Shown here piece after piece: positions 19,768 to 29,940 of a stretch of 64,000 bases of DNA. The position numbers and the translations under genes are program-made. The DNA comes from Myxococcota bacterium. Lineage in GTDB: Bacteria > Myxococcota_A > Polyangia > Nannocystales > Nannocystaceae. The notes under the pieces are model-generated. The model ran no database searches. It was given only the letters and a program-made list of their open reading frames with translations, and was not told the DNA's origin. The stretch spans positions 352,001-416,000 of the forward strand of contig JBCCHT010000002.1 of the NCBI GenBank assembly GCA_039028615.1, written 5' to 3'. Numbering within the stretch: position 1 is the first letter of the stretch; every line of letters begins with the position of its first letter.

Positions 19768-20399
19768 CAGTCGTCGCTCCCTCCGTACTCGAAGACGTTG
19801 GCGAAGATTTCAGCCTGTGCAATCGCATCGTCGACGGCGTGGTGCGTATTGGGCCGACTCGATTGCAACGCGGCGGGCAGGCCCTTGCGACCGGCACTGG
19901 CGATCGGAATGCCGCGCTTGATCGCGACGGCCGTCTTCACGTCGAAGCAACGGGAGTGCTTGAAGGGCGAGCTCCCGGCGAAACGCACGAAGTACCAGTA
20001 CAGCCACGACCAGTCGAAGCTGAGCGGATAGGCCACCAAGACCGGACGGCCCGATCCGCAGCGCTCCGAGATCCAGCGATGGGCCCGCTCCATGGCCGCG
20101 GCCGGGTCGGCTCCAGCCTCCAGCAAGGCCTGGCGATCGAGACCATTGACGGCGAGCGCCTCGGGCTCGAACTGCGTGGAGATGGGCTTCAGCTCCGCGT
20201 AGAACGAATCCTCATGGCTGGGAGGTCGACGAAATTGGGTGCCGTCGAAGCTGCCGGCCACCACGAGCGCAAAGCTCAGCATCGAGTACGGACCGGGGAT
20301 CGGCCCGTCCGTCTCGACGTCGGCGGAGAAGTAGACGTCGGTGATCGGGGCGTCGGGGCCCGGGAGCCATGACGCCAATTTGACCGAGCCTTCCGACAT
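19767..20399 (-). CDS. DEDDh 3'-5' exonuclease (RNase AS / Rv2179c-like)
   Basis: ExoI SADVETDGP, ExoII AYPLSFDW, ExoIII HHAVDDA. Start ATG 20399 after GGAAGAGGGG. Confidence 0.85.
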   Translation of the reverse strand: MSEGSVKLASWLPGPDAPITDVYFSADVETDGPIPGPYSMLSFALVVAGSFDGTQFRRPPSHEDSFYAELKPISTQFEPEALAVNGLDRQALLEAGADPAAAMERAHRWISERCGSGRPVLVAYPLSFDWSWLYWYFVRFAGSSPFKHSRCFDVKTAVAIKRGIPIASAGRKGLPAALQSSRPNTHHAVDDAIAQAEIFANVFEYGGSDD

Positions 20400-20504
20400 C
20401 CCTCTTCCACCGGGCTCACGCGGCCCGCGTGCGGATCGTACACGCGTCGATCCGCGACGGCCATCCATGTTCGCCGCGCTGCGCTCGTTCGCGCACGGGC
20501 ACGC

Positions 20505-21701
20505 TCAGCCTTCGGGCTCGAAGTTCTGACAGGCGATGTCGATGCTGACGTTGAGCGCGGTCTCGACCGCCATGGGCACGGAGGCGGGGCCGCTGCACAG
20601 ATCCGCGGAGTAGCCGTTGGCCCCGAGCATGTCGGTGAACTCGTAGAGCCGGGTGGCGTGGAAGATCTCGCAGTCGAAGCCCGCGCAGCCACAGCTACCC
20701 GGCTGCTGGCAGATGTTGACGCCCGCTGCGACGTTGGGATCGCCGGCCACCACGATGGCCGACACGCCGTCTATGTCGCCGTTTTTCACGGTGACGAGCT
20801 CGTCGACCAAATCGCCGAGGTTGGGGGGCGGCGTGGCACACCCGATGCCGCAGACGTTCCCGCCCATCTGGTCGTAGGCCCCGTAGTCGTCGACGTCGGT
20901 CAGCAGCACCAACACGAGCAGGGCATCATCGCGCACGAAGTCGTTGATGCCGCTCGAGAGCAAGGTGCTGGCGCTGGTCAGGACGTGTTCGCAACCGAGC
21001 GCGGCGCCACCGATACCGCCCACCTGCCCCACCGCTCCGTTGAATGCGTTGGCGATCTCCATGGGCGTCATGGAGGTGGAGTCGAACCACGGGTCGGGCT
21101 CGAACCAACCGGGCGGGACCATGAAGCCATGGTCGTCGTCGTCGGTCACCGCGATGCGATAGTCGATGCCGCCGCCGTTGAGCGCCTCGAGAGCCATGAT
21201 GACCTGAGTGAAGGCCCCGGTCGCGGCCAGAGCAGCGCGCTCCTCGATCATGGAGGCCGAGCCGTCCACGGCGAAGAGCACGTCGATCGCCTGGCAGCCC
21301 ATCCCGATGCCTCCGGTCGGCGGCGGGCCGACATCGAGGATCGGTCCGCCGCCATCATCGGTGGTGCCCGTGGGAGGCTCGCCGCTGGAGTCCAGGCCCG
21401 TGGTGAGCGGTGGCATGCCGTCGGTCGTGTCACCGCCGGTCGCCCCCATGGTCGCCCCCCCCCCGGTGGGCGTCGCCGCGGTGTCGGCTGGTGTGGCCCC
21501 GTCGTCGGTGGTCCCTCCGATCGAAGTGCAGACGCCCGACAAGCACTCGAGGCCCGGGTCACACGCGCCGCCATCGGTGCAGCGGCAGTCTTGCGAGCCC
21601 ACGAGACAATCGTCGTCGCTGCCACCGAGCCCTCCGCACGCGGCTCCGGCCACCGTCGCCGTCATCCACAGACCAACCCACGTTCCCTTCCGCAAAGCCA
21701 T
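20505..21701 (-). CDS. Cys-rich lipoprotein with T/G-rich linker and vWA-like domain
   Basis: AGAAC lipobox, EGF-like Cys cluster, IDVLFAVDGSASM (DxSxS), LLTDVDD. Confidence 0.75.
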   Translation of the reverse strand: MALRKGTWVGLWMTATVAGAACGGLGGSDDDCLVGSQDCRCTDGGACDPGLECLSGVCTSIGGTTDDGATPADTAATPTGGGATMGATGGDTTDGMPPLTTGLDSSGEPPTGTTDDGGGPILDVGPPPTGGIGMGCQAIDVLFAVDGSASMIEERAALAATGAFTQVIMALEALNGGGIDYRIAVTDDDDHGFMVPPGWFEPDPWFDSTSMTPMEIANAFNGAVGQVGGIGGAALGCEHVLTSASTLLSSGINDFVRDDALLVLVLLTDVDDYGAYDQMGGNVCGIGCATPPPNLGDLVDELVTVKNGDIDGVSAIVVAGDPNVAAGVNICQQPGSCGCAGFDCEIFHATRLYEFTDMLGANGYSADLCSGPASVPMAVETALNVSIDIACQNFEPEG

Positions 21702-21788
21702 GGCCGAGTGTACGACGGTGGTCGACGGTTTCACTGACGAAGCGCAACGAGAAGCGATTCGGGATGGGCCGGGGGCCGAAGACCACAT

Positions 21789-22691
21789 CTACTGGGGATA
21801 GGATTCGAACACGCTCTTGAGCCACTGCCAGACGGCGGCGATGCGGGGAATCTCGCGAGTCGCCCGATGACCGACCATCCACAGCGACCCCTGCGGGAGC
21901 TCGGCCAACGACTCGCGTAGCCGAGCCACGCAGGGCATGGCCTGCAAGTGCGGGAGCTCGGCGTAGGCCGTGGGCGCGATCATGACTCCGATCCCCGCCC
22001 GCACCGCTTCGATCTGGGCGGTCATGCTGCTGCTCTCGAGCACGACGTGGGCGGGCTCGACGTGGCGAGCGACCCACTGGGCGTCGGGCTGATGCGCCAG
22101 GTCTTCGCCCCAGGTCACCCAGCGCACGTCCTTGGTCCGGCGCAGCCGTTTGATCTGCGCCACGACGTCCGGCGATGCGACGAGAGCGTAGCCGCTGGTC
22201 GCCAGCCGGGTGACGACGAAGTCGCCCGCCTCCGGCCTGCGGATCCGCAAGGCAATGTCGGCTTCGTGCCGCGAGAGATCGGCATAGCGGATCGTGGACA
22301 CGACCTGCAGCCGCAGCCGCGGGAACGCGTCGGACAGCTCGATGATCCGCGGCGCGAGGAAGTGGTCGACGAAGCCGGGCGGGGCGGTCAGCCGCACGGC
22401 CCCCTCGGGCTCGACCTCGAAGCCATCGAGCCCCCGCGCGAAACCTCGGGCCGCCTCTTCCATGCTCTGCGCGTAGGGCAGCAGGCGCTCGACCGCGGCC
22501 GTGGCCCGGGTGCCATCCGGGGTGCGATCGAACAGGTGCGCCCCCATCTGCTCCTCGAGCGTGCTCAGTCGCCGCGACACGGTCGAGATGTTGACCTGCA
22601 ACTGTTCGGCGGCCCGCTTGAGCGAGCCGTGGCGATGCAGCGCCAAGAGCACCTTCAAGTCGTCCCAACGCAGCGATTCGACATCTTGCAT
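21789..22691 (-). CDS. LysR family transcriptional regulator
   Basis: WDDLKVLLAL...GSLKRAAEQL.VNISTVSRRLSTLE...LFDR HTH; EADIALR. Confidence 0.92.
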   Translation of the reverse strand: MQDVESLRWDDLKVLLALHRHGSLKRAAEQLQVNISTVSRRLSTLEEQMGAHLFDRTPDGTRATAAVERLLPYAQSMEEAARGFARGLDGFEVEPEGAVRLTAPPGFVDHFLAPRIIELSDAFPRLRLQVVSTIRYADLSRHEADIALRIRRPEAGDFVVTRLATSGYALVASPDVVAQIKRLRRTKDVRWVTWGEDLAHQPDAQWVARHVEPAHVVLESSSMTAQIEAVRAGIGVMIAPTAYAELPHLQAMPCVARLRESLAELPQGSLWMVGHRATREIPRIAAVWQWLKSVFESYPQ

Positions 22692-22756
22692 GAATGCAAA
22701 CCCCTCTTGAAAATTAGCTCAACGACAACCCGTACTGCAAACCCCATCCTGGAGGC

Positions 22757-23722
22757 ATGAGCGAAGTCCACACCGTGTTCGGAGCCGGCCAGATCGGAAC
22801 CCTGCTGGCCACACAGCTCGCCCAGGCCGGCCACCGGGTACGCCTCGTCCGTCGCGGGCCGGCCCGCGCCGCGATCCCCGGGGTCACCTGGATGCAGGGC
22901 GACGCCACCGATGCCGCCTTCGCAGCCGAGGCGTGCCGCGGTGCCACCACCGTCTACAACTGCACGAACCCGCCCGACTACGCCCGTTGGGATGGCCTGC
23001 TGCAGCCGCTGTTTCGCTCGATCTGGAAGGCGGCCGCCGACGCGGAGGCACGCCTGGTCCAGCTGGACAACCTCTACATGCTGGGCCGCCCGCCGAGCGC
23101 CCCCTTCGACGAGTCCACGCCGATGAACCCCTGCAGCCACAAGGGTGCGCTGCGCAAGGCGATGGCCGAGGAGCTGATGGAGATGCACGCCCAAGGTCGG
23201 CTCGAGGCGTGTGTGGGTCGAGCCTCGGATTTCTTCGGGCCCGACACGCCGAACACCGCGGTCATGCGCCCCGATGTACTGAAGCGTCTGCACCAAGGCG
23301 GCTCGGTCTATCTGTTCGGCAACCCGGACATGCCGCACAGCTACTCGTATGCCCCCGATGTCGCCCGCGGTCTCGCGACGCTCGGCACCCATCCCGACGC
23401 CCCGGGTCGCACCTGGCACCTGCCCGTCTCGGCTCAACGCACCACCCGGGAGCTCCTCGAGGCTTTTGCCGCGCACTCGGGGGTGAAGATCAAGGTCCGT
23501 CGGGTGCCGCAGTGGCTCATGCGAACGATCGGCGTATTCGTGCCGCTGTTCGCCGCGGTGGCCGAGATGGCCTATCAGTGGGACGTCCCCTATCTCGTGG
23601 ACGACCGGGCGTTCCGAACGACCTTCGGCATCGAGCCCACGCCGCTGCCCCAAGCGATCGAAACGACGCTGGCCTCGACCCGACCCGAAGCCGCACCCGC
23701 TACGGCCCGAACGGTGAGCTGA
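22757..23722 (+). CDS. NAD-dependent epimerase/dehydratase family protein
   Basis: VFGAGQIG, DNLYM, RASDFFGP, HSYSYAPDVA. Divergent from LysR. Confidence 0.88.
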   Translation: MSEVHTVFGAGQIGTLLATQLAQAGHRVRLVRRGPARAAIPGVTWMQGDATDAAFAAEACRGATTVYNCTNPPDYARWDGLLQPLFRSIWKAAADAEARLVQLDNLYMLGRPPSAPFDESTPMNPCSHKGALRKAMAEELMEMHAQGRLEACVGRASDFFGPDTPNTAVMRPDVLKRLHQGGSVYLFGNPDMPHSYSYAPDVARGLATLGTHPDAPGRTWHLPVSAQRTTRELLEAFAAHSGVKIKVRRVPQWLMRTIGVFVPLFAAVAEMAYQWDVPYLVDDRAFRTTFGIEPTPLPQAIETTLASTRPEAAPATARTVS

Positions 23723-23734
23723 GCTCGCGACCGC

Positions 23735-23968
23735 TCAGCGGCGGGGCACGAGCGGATCGACCAGCGACTCCAGGCCGTTGGTCTTGATCTCGAGCGCCAG
23801 GGCCATCTGCTCCCCGAGCACGCCCTTGGGAAACCCCTCGCGGGCGAACCACAGCAGGTAGCGCTCGGGCAGGCGGATCAGCGGCCAGCCCGAGTACTTC
23901 CCGAACGGCATCGTGGCCTCGGCCAACTGCAGCAGCTGGGTGGGATCGGGCTCGAGCGCGCTCGCCAT
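23735..23968 (-). CDS. DUF3820 family protein
   Basis: MPFGKY...LPERYLLWF...GFPKG.LG....LALEIKTNGL. Confidence 0.88.
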   Translation of the reverse strand: MASALEPDPTQLLQLAEATMPFGKYSGWPLIRLPERYLLWFAREGFPKGVLGEQMALALEIKTNGLESLVDPLVPRR

Positions 23969-24043
23969 GCCGCCGACGATAACGCGAGCCACCGCGGCAC
24001 GTCAGCCACTGCGCACCCCCGGAGTGCTGCTAGGGTCGCCCCG

Positions 24044-24973
24044 ATGTCGGCCGCGTTCCCCCCTGCCCTGGTCCCCGGCCAACCCTTGCGGAGCCTGCTT
24101 CCCGAGTCGACCTGGGTCCGCCTGGCCGAGTCGCTGCTCGAGCGACACGGGCTCCCGAGCGCCGACGTGGCGATGTTCTCCACCGGCTCCGACGTGGTGC
24201 TCGGCTCCCGCGCCCACGTGGTGAAGGTGAGCAACCCGAACTGGCGGGCGCAGATGGTCAGCGAGCGCGAGTGGAACCAGCACCTGCGCGGACGCTTGCC
24301 GCTGCGCATCGCCGAGCCGCTCGCATGGGGGGAGATCGACCAGTGGCCCTACCTGATCACCGAGCGAATCGAGGGTCCCTCGCTGGCCGAGGTCTGGCCG
24401 ACGCTCGATCGCTCGACTCGCCTGCGGCTGGCGGCCGATCTCGGCACGATGATGGCCCAGCTGCACGCGGTCGAGCCCCCGGACGGGCATGCGGCACGGT
24501 GGCCCGCGTTCGTGGCGAAGCGTCACGCGCTCATGGACGAGCGACTCGCGGCGCAAGGGGCCGACGAACGGTGGCGCTCCGAGATCCAGCAGTTCGTGCA
24601 GCGAACGGCGCGACCCGAGCGTCCGCTGGTGTGTCTGCATACCGAGCTGCTCGGCCATCACGTCCTGCTCGAGTCCCGCGACCGGCTTCGGCCCACCGCG
24701 CTGATCGACCTGGCCGACGCCGAGGTCGGACACCCGGACTACGACGTCGCCGCGCTGGTGGAGTTCGTGTTCATGGGCGAGGCGGGATGCCTCGACGCAT
24801 GCCTCGGCGCCTACGGCTGGAGTGAAGCCGAGCGCGGCGCCGCGGGATCGCAGCGACTCGCGGCGTGGGCCCTGCTGCATCGCTTCTCCAACCTGCCCCG
24901 CATGCTGGAGGCCGTGGGCAGCCCTGCCCCCACGAACCTCGACGCACTCGTCGAGCGCCTGTTTCGCTGGTAG
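24044..24973 (+). CDS. aminoglycoside phosphotransferase / choline kinase-like protein
   Basis: HVVK, WPYLITERIEG, LH, LHTELLGHH (Brenner-motif position), LIDLAD, GHPDYD. Confidence 0.8.
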   Translation: MSAAFPPALVPGQPLRSLLPESTWVRLAESLLERHGLPSADVAMFSTGSDVVLGSRAHVVKVSNPNWRAQMVSEREWNQHLRGRLPLRIAEPLAWGEIDQWPYLITERIEGPSLAEVWPTLDRSTRLRLAADLGTMMAQLHAVEPPDGHAARWPAFVAKRHALMDERLAAQGADERWRSEIQQFVQRTARPERPLVCLHTELLGHHVLLESRDRLRPTALIDLADAEVGHPDYDVAALVEFVFMGEAGCLDACLGAYGWSEAERGAAGSQRLAAWALLHRFSNLPRMLEAVGSPAPTNLDALVERLFRW

Positions 24974-25086
24974 CGGGCCTCCGATCGCCCGTACGGGTGC
25001 GCACCGAGCACCAGCGACCGTACCGGTCGCCGGACTTTTCGCACGCTCCCGCTCCGACGAGATCCGCCCGCTCGATGGGCGCCGCG

Positions 25087-26484
25087 TCAGCCCGAATCGC
25101 TGGCGCCCGACGAGGCGATGGTCGCCGCGATCGATGGGGTCTTGGTGCGCCCGCGCAGGAAGAAGTGGTGCACGAGCAGCGCGCCGACGAACCAGCCCGC
25201 GCCGAGGAACAGCGAGGGGTCGGCATTCGAGGCGAGCACCACCAGCACCACCACGCTCGAGACCATGTAGAGCACCGGGGTGACCGGGTAGCCCCACGCT
25301 CGGTACGGGCGCTTGGTGTTGGGCATCTTGCGGCGCAGGATCATCACCGCCATCACGGTGAGCGTGCCCGTGATGAGCATCGCCGCGGTGGTGTAGTTCA
25401 TCAGCTGCTCGAAGCTCTGGCTGAAGACCAACACCAAGGCCCACGCCGCCTGCATCCACAGGGCGACGACCGGGGTGCGGAAGCGCTTGTGGAGGTGGCC
25501 GGCCGAGCCGGGACAGTGCCCGTGGCGAGCCATCGCGAAGGCGATGCGAGAGCCGGTGAGCACGGTGCCGTTGATCGAACCCAGCATCGCGAGAACGATG
25601 AGGGTGGTGACCCCGAGCTCGCCGATTCGACCGAACAAGGCCCCCGCCGCCGCGGTGCCGGCCTCGCCCACGTTGGCCAGGTCGGCCATGGGGAACACGG
25701 CCAGGAACCCGACGCACAGAATGAAATAGAGCGCGGTGACCCCCAGCGTTCCGCCGACCAGCGCCCGCGGTAGATTGCGCGCAGGGTTGCGAATCTCGCC
25801 GCCTACGAAGATTGCGGCGTTCCAGCCCGAGTACGCGAAGTAGACCGGCAGGAAGGCCAGAGCCGCGGCCGCGGTGGTGGGCATGGTGATGGGACCGGGC
25901 GAGGCCCACGCTCCACCGTCGACCCCCTCCGAGGCGAGCACGCCGACGCTGGCGGTCAGCAACACGAGCACGGGGATCCCGGTGAGCACCACCTGGAATC
26001 GACCCGAGACCACGACGCCGATGTGGTTGAGCGCGGTCAGGCTCACCACGATGATCACCGCCCACGCGATGGTCGGATCCAGGCCGAACTGCAGCGGCAG
26101 CTCGTAGTACGGACCGAGCACCACGGGCAGCTGGAACGACGCCGTGCCCACGGCCATCGTGGCCAAGGACCCGGGGAAGATGGCGAGCAGCTGCAGCCAC
26201 CCCACGCCGAAGGCGATGCCCGGGCCATAGGACAGCCGGAGATAAGGATAGTCACCGCCCGCGCGCGGCATCATGGCGCCGAGCTCGGCGACGGCGAGCG
26301 CACCGAACAGCGCCGACAAGCCGCCGACGACCCACATCGCGAGGAAGGTGCCCGGGTGCTCGAGCTGCGCCGCAACCACGGGCGGCGCGATGAAGATTCC
26401 GATGCCGAGCATCGACCCCGCGACGAGCGCCAGCGCGGGGAGGGGGCCCAAGGAGCGGGCTTCTTCGTGGTCGGGGTCTCGCAC
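25087..26484 (-). CDS. APC family amino acid permease
   Basis: GSMLGIGIF, AELGAMMPRAGGDY, YFAYSGWN, GEIRNPARNLPRA, SRIAFAMAR, RPYRAWGYP. Start uncertain (ORF open to 26556). Confidence 0.9.
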   Translation of the reverse strand: MRDPDHEEARSLGPLPALALVAGSMLGIGIFIAPPVVAAQLEHPGTFLAMWVVGGLSALFGALAVAELGAMMPRAGGDYPYLRLSYGPGIAFGVGWLQLLAIFPGSLATMAVGTASFQLPVVLGPYYELPLQFGLDPTIAWAVIIVVSLTALNHIGVVVSGRFQVVLTGIPVLVLLTASVGVLASEGVDGGAWASPGPITMPTTAAAALAFLPVYFAYSGWNAAIFVGGEIRNPARNLPRALVGGTLGVTALYFILCVGFLAVFPMADLANVGEAGTAAAGALFGRIGELGVTTLIVLAMLGSINGTVLTGSRIAFAMARHGHCPGSAGHLHKRFRTPVVALWMQAAWALVLVFSQSFEQLMNYTTAAMLITGTLTVMAVMILRRKMPNTKRPYRAWGYPVTPVLYMVSSVVVLVVLASNADPSLFLGAGWFVGALLVHHFFLRGRTKTPSIAATIASSGASDSG

Positions 26485-26717
26485 GTGGACCAAGGGCCAG
26501 GGACGTTTCCGCGGACTGTACCGCAAGATCCCGCGAGTCTCGGCAAAACCGGCCAACGGCAGGATCGCGCCTCCTACGCCCGAGCAGGTCGATTCATGCC
26601 CGGGGGCGCCGTGGCCGTTTCATAGAGCCTCGACGCGGAGCGAGGCCTCTTGGCCGGCGACCTGGCCCCCGAGGTTTGACAGGCCGGAATTCCCGGGGCT
26701 AGCGTGCCCGCCGGCCC

Positions 26718-27938
26718 ATGCGCGCCCCCCACCCTCATGCACCACGGACGTCGCGAGCGACCGCCTGCACGCTCCGCCGCGGGCCGCTGCAAACGTCGCT
26801 CGGCAAGTGGATCGGCCGCGGGCTGAGCCTCGCCCTCGTCGTCGCTCTGGTCCCCACCGGTTGCAAGAACGGCCCCGACCTCTCCGCCGACTACGCGCAA
26901 ACCGCCCGCGAGAACTACGAGCTGGCGCTGGGCGAGTTCTCGGACGAGGACTGGGACGAGGTCATCCAGTACGCCGACTTCGTGCGGATCCGGTTCCCCT
27001 TCAGCCGCTTCGCGGTCGAGGCCGAGCTGCTGATCGCCCGCGCCGAGTTCGAGGAAGGCAACTACCTCACCGCGCAGGATGCCTTCCGCCAGTTCGCCAA
27101 GCTGCACCCCACGCACCAGCACGTGCGCAACGGTTGGGTCAGCTACATGGCCGCGGTGTCGGCCTACATGAACGGGCCCCAGAACTTCTTCTTGTTCCCG
27201 CCCGATCACCAGCGTGATCAGTCGCGACTGCGCGAGGCGTTGGTCGAGCTCGAGTACTTCTTCGATCACTACGGCGGCACGCCCTCGACCGAGCACGCGG
27301 CCGCCCTGCGCGACGAGATCAACCGACGCCTGCTCGAGCACGAGCTGTACGTCGCCCGCTTCTATCTCGACCGCGAGAAACCCGAGGCCGCCATCGGCCG
27401 GCTCGAGTCGGCGCACGCTCGCTACCCGGGGATCGGCCTGGATGCCGAGGTGTTGTTCCTGCTGGGCATCACCTACCTGCGCATGGAAGAGATCGAGCTG
27501 GCGCGCTCGACCTTCAGCGAGCTGCAGAGCCAGCATCCGAAGCACCACCACGGGAAGCAGGCGCGGATCTACCTGCGCTACATCTACGACACCTACGGCC
27601 CCGCCGATCCGGGACGCGAGCGCCCCGATCGCAGTCCGCCCAAGCCCCTGCCGCCGCCCGAGCCCAAGAACCGGGAGCGACCGGAGCACCCGGAGGCGAT
27701 CGAAGAGCCCGAGGTGCCCGCGGGTCCCGTGCTGCAGACCACACCGCCCAGCGGCGGAGCGAAGGGCACGCTCGAGACCGGGGGCAAGGCCAAGGTCGGC
27801 GGTGGAGCCGAGGCCAGTGGCGAGGCCAGCTCCGAGAGCGAAGCCAGCAGCGAGGCGGCCAGCGAAGAAGAAGCGGCGAGCGGCAGCGAGAGCGACGCGA
27901 CCGAAGAGGACCCGGACGCGGGCTCCGAGAGCGAATAG
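26718..27938 (+). CDS. bamD: outer membrane protein assembly factor BamD with acidic low-complexity tail
   Basis: Lipobox PTGC, RFPFSRFA, LHPTH, RDQS, LLEHELYVARFY, YPG. True start may lie further downstream. Confidence 0.85.
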   Translation: MRAPHPHAPRTSRATACTLRRGPLQTSLGKWIGRGLSLALVVALVPTGCKNGPDLSADYAQTARENYELALGEFSDEDWDEVIQYADFVRIRFPFSRFAVEAELLIARAEFEEGNYLTAQDAFRQFAKLHPTHQHVRNGWVSYMAAVSAYMNGPQNFFLFPPDHQRDQSRLREALVELEYFFDHYGGTPSTEHAAALRDEINRRLLEHELYVARFYLDREKPEAAIGRLESAHARYPGIGLDAEVLFLLGITYLRMEEIELARSTFSELQSQHPKHHHGKQARIYLRYIYDTYGPADPGRERPDRSPPKPLPPPEPKNRERPEHPEAIEEPEVPAGPVLQTTPPSGGAKGTLETGGKAKVGGGAEASGEASSESEASSEAASEEEAASGSESDATEEDPDAGSESE

Positions 27939-27962
27939 CTCGAGCCCACGCCGAAACGATCA

Positions 27963-27994
27963 ACGCCCGCGAAGCTCACCGAGCTCGCGGGCGT
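27963..27994. terminator. hairpin between convergent bamD and lipoprotein genes
   Basis: ACGCCCGCG...AGCTC-ACC-GAGCT...CGCGGGCGT interrupted inverted repeat. Confidence 0.55.
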
Positions 27995-28016
27995 CGCCGT
28001 TCGGGGCCGGCCGAAG

Positions 28017-29426
28017 TCAGCCCTGCGGCGGGGTCGATCCGACCAGCGCAAAGCCGGTCATGTCCGAGTAGGTATAGGCGTCGACCAAGCCGGTGACCGT
28101 GTCGTAGGTCCCGGTCGTCGGATCCATGCGATAGGCGGCCGTGCCCGCCCCCACGCCCGGCACCCCGGCGACACCCCAGATGTTGCCCTCGAAGTCGATG
28201 CTCACCCCGTGCACGTGCTCCGGGATCGTGAAGCTCGCGACCTCGGTCACCGAGTTCGTATTGATGGCGCGGAAGGTGAACGGCGCGGCGTTGGAGCCCG
28301 AGACCCACAGGCGGTCCTCGCCGTCGACCATGCAGCCGCCCAGATCGAGCGGGAGGTTGTAAGAGGCCCAGGTGCCCGTGCCGTGGTCGTAGCGGTTGAC
28401 CGCCCCGCCACCGCAAGTCCAGATGCGCTCCTCGTCGTCGATGGCAATGCCGTAGCCCGACCGCCCGGTGGTGGGAATGAGGTCGTAGCTGAGATCGTCG
28501 ATGTCCACCCGCACGAGGAAGTCCCCGAAGATGTGCATCTCGTTGAACCAGAGGTTGCCCTCGGTGTCGACGACCGCCCCGTAGCCCCCGAAATCGTTGA
28601 ACGCGGTCAGGCCGTTGATGGTGACCATGTCGTCGATGCTGCCGTCGTCGCCGTTGAGCAGGATGACGTCGGCCGTGCCCCCGACGTTGGTGCCCGTGGT
28701 CCAGACCTGCTGGCCCTGCCACGAGCAGGTCCCCGGGTTGAACGTCCCCTGCGTCCACGCGATGGGGCGCTGCGAGCCGTAGGCGAAGGGCGAATGCCAG
28801 GCGACGCACTCCTCGGTGCCCCAGGCCAAGATGTCGGACGCCCCGGTCGAGGTCTGGATGCCCGCCATACCGTTGGACTCCTGGCAGTCGCCCTGGTCGG
28901 CGTAGACCTTGGTGATGCCGCCCGTGCGGTTGGCCACCGCCACGTCGCCGGAGAGGTTGACCGAGGTCCGCGACGGCAAGCCGTTGGGGTTGGGCGACAC
29001 GAGGAAGCGACCGACCTCGTCGAGCGTCTGCGTGTCGATCTTGGAGATCGTGCCCTCGCCGCTGTTGGCGATCCAGATGTAGCTGAAGGACAGGTCACCG
29101 ACCTCGCCCCCGCCACAGCCACCGCCGCCGCCATCGGGCGTCTCGTTGACGTCGAAGATGAAGCCGTCGTCGCTGCTGTCGGGGTCTTCGGTGGTCGCCT
29201 GGTCGGTGGTGCCCCCCGTCGTGCCCTCGGCACTCGATTGATCGGTCGTCGGGTTCGGCGTCGGATCCCCCGTGACCGACGTCGCCATGGTCGGGACGTC
29301 GTCCGAAGTGTTGCCCGCGGAGGCGTCGTTCTGTTCGCCTTCCTGCCCGGGGGTGCATGCCATGGCCGCCAACGCGACGGTCGCTCCCAGTGTCTTCACC
29401 CAATCTCGAGTCAAGCCAACATCCAT
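28017..29426 (-). CDS. lipoprotein with T-rich linker and Vgb-like beta-propeller
   Basis: AAMAC lipobox; YIWIANSGEGTISKIDT, PSRTSV, YGIAIDD, YTYSDMTG. Start ATG 29426. Confidence 0.75.
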   Translation of the reverse strand: MDVGLTRDWVKTLGATVALAAMACTPGQEGEQNDASAGNTSDDVPTMATSVTGDPTPNPTTDQSSAEGTTGGTTDQATTEDPDSSDDGFIFDVNETPDGGGGGCGGGEVGDLSFSYIWIANSGEGTISKIDTQTLDEVGRFLVSPNPNGLPSRTSVNLSGDVAVANRTGGITKVYADQGDCQESNGMAGIQTSTGASDILAWGTEECVAWHSPFAYGSQRPIAWTQGTFNPGTCSWQGQQVWTTGTNVGGTADVILLNGDDGSIDDMVTINGLTAFNDFGGYGAVVDTEGNLWFNEMHIFGDFLVRVDIDDLSYDLIPTTGRSGYGIAIDDEERIWTCGGGAVNRYDHGTGTWASYNLPLDLGGCMVDGEDRLWVSGSNAAPFTFRAINTNSVTEVASFTIPEHVHGVSIDFEGNIWGVAGVPGVGAGTAAYRMDPTTGTYDTVTGLVDAYTYSDMTGFALVGSTPPQG

Positions 29427-29940
29427 CGAGCCATCGTACCAGCCTCCGCTCGCTCGACGACTTTCGTGCGATTTCCCGACGGTCGATCGTGGCTCTGGAC
29501 CAATGTGGGGCTGACCGGACGCGATGCCGACAGGGATACACCTACGCGAGGCAGCGCGACCGCGCGACCGCGCGACGACACACCACCGTTCGTTCGACGG
29601 CCTCGGCTCGGCCATCGACACCGCGGGCCTGCTCGACATGGACGTCGCGGATCGGCACTGCGGCCGACGACGGCGGGACGGCGACCGGCGTCGATGCGCA
29701 CGGTCGGATCGACACACCCCGCGAGAGCCGATCGCACTGCGGCTGCCCCGCGCATCGCGGCGCGGGTCCCCCAACCGCGGAACGGGAGCCGTCCCGGCAT
29801 GCCGAGATCCCCCGCTCGACACCCGCTACCGCGTCTCAACCGGCAACCAGCCGCCGCTCAGCCGCCTTCGTAGCCCGGTTTGGGCCTAGGACCCGCGACG
29901 GGTTGGTGCTCGCGGCGGTTCCTTCGTACGCTAGCCGCTG

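Noticed and set aside
29427..29940. About 510-bp intergenic region with a short GCGCGACC x3 repeat and small ORFs
   Set aside because: No convincing protein, RNA motif or terminal repeats; treated as a divergent promoter region.
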